Below are positions 30,879 through 38,424 of a stretch of DNA of 64,000 bases, in pieces. The translations under genes and the position numbers were made by a program. The first letter of the stretch is position 1. Each line of letters opens with the position of its first letter. Below the pieces are notes generated by a model, which saw only the letters and a list, made by a program, of their open reading frames with translations, searched no databases and had not been told where the DNA came from. The stretch covers positions 66,964-130,963 of the forward strand of contig CALXWX010000003.1 in assembly GCA_944392565.1 (NCBI GenBank), written 5' to 3'. The stretch comes from an uncultured Alphaproteobacteria bacterium (GTDB lineage Bacteria; Pseudomonadota; Alphaproteobacteria; Rs-D84).

Positions 30879-32238
30879 AACCATTTATTATTTCCATCAC
30901 GCGCCGCGGCACATCTGTGATTGCAACGCGTTCCTGGACCATTGTATCACGATGACGCATGGTTACGGTATTATCTTCCATTGTTTGATGGTCTACTGTG
31001 ATACATACCGGGGTGCCGATTTCATCATGCCGGCGATAGTTTTTACCAATATTTCCCGAATTTTCCAATTCAATGCGTCCAATATGTAATTTACGCAAAT
31101 CATTTTCAATATTATTTGCGATGGTTAACAATTCTGGAACATTGCGCACCAGTGGTATAACCGCCGCCTTGACCGGCGCCAACGATGGTTTCAGTTTTAA
31201 TACCAATCTGGATTTGCCGTCTGGTAATTGTTCATCGGTGTATGCATCCAACATTACCGCCAACATTGCGCGATTAACCCCCATCGCGGTTTCAATTACA
31301 TATGGGATAAAGTTTTCCCCGGTTTGCGGATCACTGTACGACAACTTTATTGTACTGTCTTTGTTTTCCATAACATGCGCATTAATTTTAAATTCAGATT
31401 GCGCCTTGGTATGTGACCCCAGGTCAAAGTCTTGACGGTTATGAATACCTTCGACTTCATCAAATCCATCAGGGAATTCATATTCGATGTCGCCCGCCGC
31501 TTTGGCATAATGCGCCAGTTTTTCATGTGGTGTAAAGCGCAATTTTTCCGCCGGAATTCCCAATACATTTATCCACCAATCCATACGAATTTTTTTCCAC
31601 ATCTCAAAGTATTTTTCGTCATCGGCGGGATTGACAAAGTACTGCATTTCCGCCTGTTCAAATTCACGCATGCGAAACACAAATCCGCGTGGTGAAATTT
31701 CATTACGAAACGCCTTGCCAATTTGGGCAATACCAAACGGTAATTTGTGCGGACGCGCATCCAAGACATTTTTAAAGTTTACATATGTTGTGGTTGCTGT
31801 TTCCGGACGCAGATATGCATTTATTGCGCCATCCGCCATTGCCCCAATTGACAGTCCCATCATCAACTGGTACGCGCGTGGTTCTGTTAAATCCGTGCTG
31901 CCACAGTTATCGCATTTGGTTGGGTCTTTCATTTTATCCTGACGCATGCGGGCGCCACACTTTTTGCATTCAACCAATGGGTCTGAAAAACTGCTTTCAT
32001 GCCCAGAATATTTCCACATTAACCGATTGCTGATTAACGCTGCGTCCAATCCTTCGATATCATTGCGGGAATAAACCATGGCATTCCACCATGCATTGCG
32101 AATGTTTTTCATCAGTTCAACACCGTACGGACCATAGTCATACGCACCGCCCAATCCGCCATATATTTCGGACCCTGTGAAAATAAAACCACGCCGCTTG
32201 CACAATGCGACAATATCATTAACTGTTTTTGCTGGCAT
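30877..32238 (-). CDS. glyQS: Glycyl-tRNA synthetase, dimeric alpha2 (eukaryote/archaeal-like) type
   Basis: Single-chain class II GlyRS (MPAKTVNDIVALCKRRGFIFTGSEIYGGLGGAYDYGPYG...). Confidence 0.85.
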   Translation of the reverse strand: MPAKTVNDIVALCKRRGFIFTGSEIYGGLGGAYDYGPYGVELMKNIRNAWWNAMVYSRNDIEGLDAALISNRLMWKYSGHESSFSDPLVECKKCGARMRQDKMKDPTKCDNCGSTDLTEPRAYQLMMGLSIGAMADGAINAYLRPETATTTYVNFKNVLDARPHKLPFGIAQIGKAFRNEISPRGFVFRMREFEQAEMQYFVNPADDEKYFEMWKKIRMDWWINVLGIPAEKLRFTPHEKLAHYAKAAGDIEYEFPDGFDEVEGIHNRQDFDLGSHTKAQSEFKINAHVMENKDSTIKLSYSDPQTGENFIPYVIETAMGVNRAMLAVMLDAYTDEQLPDGKSRLVLKLKPSLAPVKAAVIPLVRNVPELLTIANNIENDLRKLHIGRIELENSGNIGKNYRRHDEIGTPVCITVDHQTMEDNTVTMRHRDTMVQERVAITDVPRRVMEIING

Positions 32239-32309
32239 TTTTATCCCCTATAATTTTATCGCATACAGTTTTATACAGAATTTAATATTTTGCAACTGTT
32301 TTAAAGAAT

Positions 32310-32338
32310 AAAAATGGGGACATGCGCCCCCATTTTAT
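32310..32338. terminator. Rho-independent terminator
   Basis: aaaatggggacatgcgcccccatttt. Confidence 0.55.
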
Positions 32339-32355
32339 AAAAACAGATGCATTTT

Positions 32356-32538
32356 TTATTTTACATCTGGGGCAATTGCTGCAACCGGACATACCGCTGC
32401 ACATGTGCCACATGAAATGCATTTTGCCGGGTCAATTACGCATTTGCCATCGCCGCCGGTTGAAATCGCCATAACTGGGCATGCACCCATGCATGTATGA
32501 CAACCAATGCATTTTGCTGGATCGATTTTATACGCCAT
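32356..32538 (-). CDS. 2x[4Fe-4S] ferredoxin
   Basis: 60 aa with two CxxCxxCxxxCP clusters (CIGCHTCMGACP, CISCGTCAAVCP). Confidence 0.75.
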   Translation of the reverse strand: MAYKIDPAKCIGCHTCMGACPVMAISTGGDGKCVIDPAKCISCGTCAAVCPVAAIAPDVK

Positions 32539-32563
32539 TTTATCACTCCATATTTTTATTATT

Positions 32564-33313
32564 TTAATTTCTGTTTAACAGACTTAACAGATATTGGAAC
32601 ATTGCAATAAATGATATATACAAATGCAATGCGCCCAACACCGCCAGTTGATTTTTCTGTGTCCCATCACCCAATACAGCATATGCGCGTTTCAGGTTTT
32701 GCATATCATACGCGGTAAACAGGGCAAATACCAATACGCCGATAAAGCATACGATTGTCCCAAATGTACCGCCCAGCATTGCCGGCCATATAAATGATGC
32801 CAACCCGACCAGTATTAAACCAATCATCCCCATCATCAAGAATATGCCCAAGAAAGACAAATCTTTAACAGTCTTGTATCCAAACAGTGCCATGCATGCG
32901 AACATTACCGCGGCGATTATGAATGCAGACAGTATTGATACCGGATTTACTGCCAATACTGCAACAATCAACGGCGTCATAACAACCCCGGTCAATATGG
33001 CGTACAGCGCCAATAATGCCGCACCAACAGCTGGCTTGAAACTGAATGCGCGCACCTGCGCCCATATAGCCAGTGCCAATCCACCGAACAGCAATACATA
33101 GTATAACCATGTAAATCCACCTGTTTGCAGATTAATCAGATATACAAACCATCCACCCCAAATTGTTAAATATGATGCCAATGCAGTCACGGCAACCGCA
33201 CCAAACATCAGGGCAAAAATTCGTTTTAAATATACATCTATCCCACCGCCAGATTTTACGCGTTGTGGCGCATCTGCGGATTTTGTTTTTAATGCAACAT
33301 TTTTCAATGCCAT
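32564..33313 (-). CDS. Bax-inhibitor-1/YccA family membrane protein
   Basis: Seven TM helices and a BI-1-like hydrophobic profile. N-terminal KR-rich segment. Confidence 0.55.
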   Translation of the reverse strand: MALKNVALKTKSADAPQRVKSGGGIDVYLKRIFALMFGAVAVTALASYLTIWGGWFVYLINLQTGGFTWLYYVLLFGGLALAIWAQVRAFSFKPAVGAALLALYAILTGVVMTPLIVAVLAVNPVSILSAFIIAAVMFACMALFGYKTVKDLSFLGIFLMMGMIGLILVGLASFIWPAMLGGTFGTIVCFIGVLVFALFTAYDMQNLKRAYAVLGDGTQKNQLAVLGALHLYISFIAMFQYLLSLLNRN

Positions 33314-33397
33314 TTTTTTCTCCTTGTTAGTTTGTCAAATATATAATACAATATAACAAACAATTCAAGATAAATAAAAAACAAAGGGGGAAATACG

Positions 33398-33625
33398 ATG
33401 CCAACAAAAAATGAAATTAAACGTCATGACAGAACCAGACAACTTGGTCAAAAAAAAGATATGGGTGAATTACCAACCAAGGCAGAAGTTCATGCAGAAT
33501 TAAAAGCTGAACTGGCGCGCGCCGAAGAAAAACTGGCGTTTTATACAGAACAGCAAGATGAAAAAAGAAAAAATAAAATGCTGGAAATTATCAGCAATAT
33601 CAAACAGACAATTGCCAGACAATAA
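33398..33625 (+). CDS. Small charged coiled-coil protein, unknown function
   Basis: 75-aa K/E-rich ORF with an SD (aaggggga) upstream. Confidence 0.3.
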   Translation: MPTKNEIKRHDRTRQLGQKKDMGELPTKAEVHAELKAELARAEEKLAFYTEQQDEKRKNKMLEIISNIKQTIARQ

Positions 33626-33657
33626 ATAATATTTTATAGTATAATCAGGAATATATA

Positions 33658-34485
33658 ATGGCGATTGTTGTCAGCCCGATTTCGCCGGTGGCATTTTCTG
33701 TGTTTGGATTGGATGTGCGTTGGTATGCGCTGGCATATGTGGCGGCGTTTGTCATTGGCTACTTTATGCTGCGCGCATTTGTTCGTCAACCAAACAGCCA
33801 AATTAATCTGGATAAAAAACAGTTGGATGATTTGCTGACTGCGATTATTCTGGGCGTCATATTGGGTGGACGATTGGGGTATGTGCTGTTTTATAACTTG
33901 CCGTTTTTTTTGACGCATCCATGGGAAGTCTTTGCCGTATGGCACGGCGGGATGAGCTTTCATGGTGGGCTTGTCGGCGTTATTACTGCGGTATTTCTAT
34001 TTGCGTGGCGCCGCAATCGTCGGGGCGAATTAACCGGTGGAACATATAAAACCGCATTTAATATACTGGATATATTGGCGGTGATTGCACCAATTGGATT
34101 ATTTTTTGGTCGCATCGCCAATTTTATTAATATGGAAGTTATGGGGCGCCCCGCATCCGTTCCATGGGCGGTTGTTTTTGCCGGTGGACCAGAAACACCC
34201 CGCCACCCCAGTCCATTATATGAAGCCGCCACCGAAGGCATATTGTTGTTCATTATTATGTATTGCTTGTACCGTTTTACAAATTTACGCCGTTATCCGG
34301 GCGCATTGGGCGGAATGTTGGGGATGCTGTACGCAGTATTTCGTATATTCTGTGAACAATTCCGTGCGCCCGATGTTCAGATTGGCTTTTTAACCAGCTG
34401 GGGGCTAACGATGGGGCAATTGCTGTCGGGAATAATGTTTGTTGCTGGTGCCACAATTTTTGCGATTGCATTTCGTAAAAAATAA
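33658..34485 (+). CDS. lgt: Prolipoprotein diacylglyceryl transferase
   Basis: Lgt signature GGRLGYVLFYN...HGGLVG and polytopic topology. Confidence 0.8.
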   Translation: MAIVVSPISPVAFSVFGLDVRWYALAYVAAFVIGYFMLRAFVRQPNSQINLDKKQLDDLLTAIILGVILGGRLGYVLFYNLPFFLTHPWEVFAVWHGGMSFHGGLVGVITAVFLFAWRRNRRGELTGGTYKTAFNILDILAVIAPIGLFFGRIANFINMEVMGRPASVPWAVVFAGGPETPRHPSPLYEAATEGILLFIIMYCLYRFTNLRRYPGALGGMLGMLYAVFRIFCEQFRAPDVQIGFLTSWGLTMGQLLSGIMFVAGATIFAIAFRKK

Positions 34486-34518
34486 TGTAGAATAATGCGC
34501 GTTGCACATCACAAAGAT

Positions 34519-34561
34519 AGTTTCGGATGGGTGAGAGCCGCGGTCGATTGCGACGGTCTTG
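34519..34561 (+). repeat. Degenerate copy of the first ~38 nt of tRNA-Ser plus 5 nt of its 5' flank (direct repeat, 156 bp upstream of the intact gene)
   Basis: agtttcggatgggtgagagccgcggtcgattgcgacggtcttg at 34519-34561 versus agtttcggatgggtggcagagcggtcgattgcgacggtcttg at 34675-34717. About 39 of 42 positions match, with one indel. Confidence 0.7.
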
Positions 34562-34681
34562 CATACGAGTCAGCAAGACAAGCATCAGCGCAGTCGAGCG
34601 CGAACGAGTGGTGAGCAGCACCGCCAGGTGCGGTCAGCGAACAAAACCGTCGGTTTGAAAGACCGGCGAAAAAATAGTTTC

Positions 34682-34771
34682 GGATGGGTGGCAGAGCGGT
34701 CGATTGCGACGGTCTTGAAAACCGTTGTGGGGGCAACTCCACCGGGGGTTCGAATCCCTCCCCATCCGCCA
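34682..34771 (+). tRNA. tRNA-Ser (anticodon UGA), class II with long variable arm
   Basis: GGATGGGTGGCAGAGCGGTCGATTGCGACGGTCTTGAAAACCGTTGTGGGGGCAACTCCACCGGGGGTTCGAATCCCTCCCCATCCGCCA. The acceptor stem is GGATGGG/CCCATCC. The anticodon stem is ACGGT/ACCGT with loop CTTGAAA. Long variable arm, GTTCGAATCC T-loop, encoded CCA. Confidence 0.85.
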
Positions 34772-34780
34772 GTAAAATTG

Positions 34781-34815
34781 GACATCCCGTGGCAACCCCA
34801 CGGGATGTTCTTTTA
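34781..34815 (+). terminator. Rho-independent terminator of tRNA-Ser
   Basis: Perfect 11-bp stem in gacatcccgtggcaaccccacgggatgttc, followed by ttttac. Confidence 0.7.
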
Positions 34816-34930
34816 CGCCCCGTTTCCGGCGGTTTTTGACAACGATATTACCAGTGTATATCGTCGATTTTATCAAATCAGTCCAAACAGCAGGCTTTGA
34901 TATACTTTGGTTATTTTTACTGAGGCACTT

Positions 34931-35248
34931 TTAATGATTTTTGCCTTTAAAACTATAATCGTTTCCATAATTTTGGGCGTCCTTTTTATGGGCGGCCCAA
35001 TGTGCTTGTTGATCATGGAATACATACAAATTTTCTGGACGATTATCTTGTTTGTTCCTGTTTATATGGTGCACAACCTCGCCAGATTGCAAAGGTCTGC
35101 CAAGTTTTAACTCTGCCATATGTCTATGAACCAGTTGTCCAGAATCTTTATAGACTCTATAACCATTGGAATTGGTGTACGTTTTTGAAGCACTATGAGA
35201 ATAGTAAGTGAATTTATTGGTCATTTTCATTACCTCCCTGTGCATCAA
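34931..35248 (-). CDS. HNH endonuclease (small stand-alone, phage/homing-type)
   Basis: 105 aa. HNH core SGEVVHHINRNKQDNRPENLYVFHDQQAHWAAH. Overlaps the upstream 240-aa ORF by 35 nt. Confidence 0.6.
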   Translation of the reverse strand: MMHREVMKMTNKFTYYSHSASKTYTNSNGYRVYKDSGQLVHRHMAELKLGRPLQSGEVVHHINRNKQDNRPENLYVFHDQQAHWAAHKKDAQNYGNDYSFKGKNH

Positions 35249-35936
35249 TTATTTCCGCTGGTATCAGATCCAGTAAATTACCGTTACATTCCGGATAATG
35301 TTTACATACGATTTCTTTAAAATCATCCTCTTGACCATGATTGTATTCTGGTTTTAGTCGTCTGATTTTAACCTCTTTGAATGTAAACCTGGTTCCACAA
35401 TGTTGGCATTCAACTATCGTATTTAAATCAAACCCCATACCATTCTTCCAACATTCATCTATACCGTCTTTCCATTCTTGTCCAGACAGTTCTTCATGAT
35501 AAGGCACATCACTATCTAATGGATCATGTGAATATTCCGTTATTTCACGACCATCGGGTGTCAAATTATGCGATATGAAACTTGTACATCCGTATTCATT
35601 ATGAATACTTCTTTCTAGTGATTTGCGTGCTTTTAATTGATTTGCTTCTGGTGCTGTTATCAACTCTTTCCAGCTGGCGAAACCCGCCATTTGTGCAATT
35701 AAATGCTGTGCATTACCTAATTTGAATTCAAAGTTTTTATCATCATCCATTATTCCATATTCAAGGAATATACCTACTATATCAAAAAACTTTGGTTCAT
35801 ATTCATAAATTTCACCATCTTCGGAAAGATAGCGGGTTTGGTAGTCTTTAAGCAAATTTTTTGCTTGCAATTTAAAGTAGTCTATATTTGTCATAATATA
35901 ATCCTTTACCGCATTTGCGGAGTTGTCCAAGTTCAT
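35214..35936 (-). CDS. Hypothetical protein with a C-terminal Cys/His-rich (Zn-ribbon-like) region
   Basis: 240-aa ORF ending CQHCGTRF...CKHYPECNG. No family assigned. First gene of a two-gene minus-strand unit with the HNH gene. Confidence 0.35.
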   Translation of the reverse strand: MNLDNSANAVKDYIMTNIDYFKLQAKNLLKDYQTRYLSEDGEIYEYEPKFFDIVGIFLEYGIMDDDKNFEFKLGNAQHLIAQMAGFASWKELITAPEANQLKARKSLERSIHNEYGCTSFISHNLTPDGREITEYSHDPLDSDVPYHEELSGQEWKDGIDECWKNGMGFDLNTIVECQHCGTRFTFKEVKIRRLKPEYNHGQEDDFKEIVCKHYPECNGNLLDLIPAEIIDAQGGNENDQ

Positions 35937-36387
35937 TATCTAATAGTGATTTTGCGTTCGTAGCCTGTTGGCTTAGATAATAAGCTCGGAGGGTTATATT
36001 ATCTAAATTGTTGGATGATGAAATCTTTACACGAACGGGCTAGCCTTCCAACAGGCATGATGTTAATGTAATACAAAAGCCATAAAAAATCAATACATTA
36101 TTTATAAACCAAATATTTTTTCTTGAATTTTAAAATCATCACTTCGCGATGCTTTATTTAGAATATCTCTAACAGAAATATTTTGTTTCCCTTTTAATAT
36201 TTTATTCACAATATTCGGATTGAGATATGAAAGGGCTAAATACTTATAAAACAACCTTGGTGAAGTACGAGCATTGTGTATAATCTCATCTACATTACCA
36301 TCTTGTTCGTATATTGTTGATACCGATTTGTGGTTTTTTGCTGTTCAGTTTATCGGTTATAACATTTTGGGGACTGGTGTAGTCTGC

Positions 36388-36813
36388 TTATAAATGCACA
36401 ATGTCGATGTCGGGAAATTGCGATGCAATATATTCCGCGGCGAGCCTGCGGTGGCATTGCACTGCGGATTTTTCAGTGCATAACAGGCAAATGCGGTCAA
36501 TGTCGACCGGGGCGAGTCCATCGGTCGGTCGGCGCGCAGCCAGCAATTCGCGATACATTTTTTCATAATCAGCCCAACTGATGCGGCCGTTTTTATATCC
36601 AGCCAATATTTCCGTGGTTGGGGCAAATTCGGGGTGATATTCGTACCTTGTCCCCAGCACACTTGCCAAACTGTCGCCACTATAGAATGGTACATATGTG
36701 CTTGTTCGCCACAGGCGTATGTCCCAAACAGCGCGCACACGCACTGCATTCAACACATCCATAAACGCGTCTGGGCTTTTACCGCTGAAACCAATTGTAA
36801 AAATCTTTGGCAT
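36388..36813 (-). CDS. DUF488-family protein
   Basis: N-terminus IFTIGFSGKSPDAFMDVL...VWDIR and C-terminus LLCTEKSAVQCHRRLAAEYI match the DUF488 (PF04343) pattern (TIGhs...DvR...LLCaEk..CHR). Markedly more GC-rich than its surroundings. Confidence 0.55.
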   Translation of the reverse strand: MPKIFTIGFSGKSPDAFMDVLNAVRVRAVWDIRLWRTSTYVPFYSGDSLASVLGTRYEYHPEFAPTTEILAGYKNGRISWADYEKMYRELLAARRPTDGLAPVDIDRICLLCTEKSAVQCHRRLAAEYIASQFPDIDIVHL

Positions 36814-36814
36814 A

Positions 36815-37465
36815 TCAGTACAAAAATAGTCCGTTTAACATCAAATAGCAATGATTTTCCTGCATCAGGAACTTTCGCGCCAGCCCTATACGACAATGTG
36901 CATATTGGCTGACTGCGACAGTACTATTTAAGCCTACAACATCTTTATCTTGATCAAATATGTCGCGCAAATATTTGCAACTAACCTTTAATTCATAAGT
37001 CTGATTTGAAAAATCAGTAATACGAACACGTAATTTTCCATCTTCTGTAAAGAATTCAATATTATGTGCTGGTATCAATATTGCACCCAATGACGGACAT
37101 TTGGTTCTCTGCGCAACATAGGCATTTTCTTTGACATGATGATGGAATATACTTTGAATATCCTTTGACAAGCTTTCTCTCAACGCAGTTGCCAATGTCT
37201 TGCCCAGTTCAAATTTTCGCAATACTTCAATAGAATCAAGATCTATATTCACATCTTCGGTTCTGTGCGGATAATCACGTGGCTCTTTGAATTTTTCATT
37301 ATCAACAAGTATTTCGCAATATGTGGCTGGAATTTGATCTGCATTCCAATATTCGCCATCGATCATTAGTCGCTTCATACGTTTTTCATAGGTGTCGAAA
37401 CCGGCGATGCAGAATTTTTCTTTCATACATGTTATGTCGGAAATAATTATATTTGATTTTTTCAT
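36815..37465 (-). CDS. Hypothetical protein co-transcribed with the DUF488 gene
   Basis: ORF 36815..37513. The likely start is MKKSNIIISD at 37465, preceded by the SD aaggaag. Its stop abuts the DUF488 start. No recognisable domain. Confidence 0.35.
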   Translation of the reverse strand: MKKSNIIISDITCMKEKFCIAGFDTYEKRMKRLMIDGEYWNADQIPATYCEILVDNEKFKEPRDYPHRTEDVNIDLDSIEVLRKFELGKTLATALRESLSKDIQSIFHHHVKENAYVAQRTKCPSLGAILIPAHNIEFFTEDGKLRVRITDFSNQTYELKVSCKYLRDIFDQDKDVVGLNSTVAVSQYAHCRIGLARKFLMQENHCYLMLNGLFLY

Positions 37466-37664
37466 GTGCTTCCTTTGGGGGAACAAAAATCCCCACCAAG
37501 AACGGCGGGGCAAATAAAAAAACGGCGATATAAATCGACCGCTTAACTCAACAAAATATTATACCAAAATTGGGTTAAAAAATCAACAAAAAAAGATTGT
37601 GTTCTAAATAAATACCCTGTATTTAGTATGTTTAAAACCGTAGAATATTCCATCTCTGCCAGAA

Positions 37665-37695
37665 AATAAAACACGCCCAACGGGGCGTTTTTTAT
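37665..37695. terminator. Bidirectional rho-independent terminator
   Basis: aaaataaaacacgcccaacggggcgttttttatttt. Confidence 0.6.
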
Positions 37696-38036
37696 TTTAT
37701 GGATCGGTGAGGCGGATGAGAAGCCCCAGTTTCGACAATAAGTAGATTTGACAAAGGCTAGTGCGGGCATAATTATAGCGTTTTATGTTTTTGAATATTA
37801 AGCTGTTTTAATATGAATGTGATCCCGCCATGGCAAACTAAGATTCCGTGAAATCGATCGTGTGTTATCAATTGGTTGCGCGATTTTAATAGTAATTTCA
37901 GGCTAGCTTGACATGTTTTATCCATTTACATAACATCATACAATTACTGCTTATAAATTGATATTAGTCAAGTTATTTAATTGAAATATATGCGAATTTT
38001 GTTTAGTCTAGCATTGGAATAAACATAGACGCTAAT

Positions 38037-38408
38037 ATGAAAGTAACTGCTGCGATTTTTAGAAATGGTGACAAAGTTCTGCTGATGCGTCGTGCATCTG
38101 GCCAGCCATTGGCGGGCGAATGGGAATACCCTGGTGGTAAGTTCGAAGATGGTGAAGATGGACCAACATGCCTGCATCGTGAATTGGCAGAGGAACTAGG
38201 CATAGATGCACAAATTGGCAACCTGATTATAGTTGCAAAACACACAACGGATTCTGGCAAGGTTATCGAACTGCATACATACGAAATCAAGTCGTACACA
38301 GGCGAAATCCAATTGCGGGTCCACGATGATATGCATTGGGTGCCAGTCGCGGACTTGCCGTTTCACCCACAATTACCCGCCGACCTAATCGTATCAGAAA
38401 CACTATAA
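38037..38408 (+). CDS. NUDIX hydrolase, MutT-like (nucleoside triphosphate pyrophosphohydrolase)
   Basis: Nudix box GGKFEDGEDGPTCLHRELAEELGI (GX5EX7REUXEEXGU). Overall similarity to the MutT/NudG layout. 123 aa. Separated by 16 nt from the downstream nuclease-ATPase gene. Confidence 0.7.
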   Translation: MKVTAAIFRNGDKVLLMRRASGQPLAGEWEYPGGKFEDGEDGPTCLHRELAEELGIDAQIGNLIIVAKHTTDSGKVIELHTYEIKSYTGEIQLRVHDDMHWVPVADLPFHPQLPADLIVSETL

Positions 38409-38424
38409 AACATGGGAAAGTAAT

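Noticed and set aside
34559-34900. 113-aa ORF on the plus strand spanning tRNA-Ser and its terminator (plus antisense ORFs 34585..34785 and 34634..34876)
   Set aside because: They run through a confidently folded tRNA gene and its terminator hairpin. These are spurious ORFs.
37748-37936. Candidate sigma70-like promoters upstream of the NUDIX gene (TTGACA-17-AATTAT at 37748-37776; TTGACA-17-TAACAT at 37908-37936)
   Set aside because: These are plausible by eye, but AT-rich DNA yields many such matches by chance. Not reported as features without transcript mapping.
38037-38408. Considered calling the NUDIX gene a dedicated defence component
   Set aside because: Its sequence resembles housekeeping MutT/NudG closely, so a housekeeping antimutator role cannot be excluded. 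It is kept as a candidate partner in the findings only.
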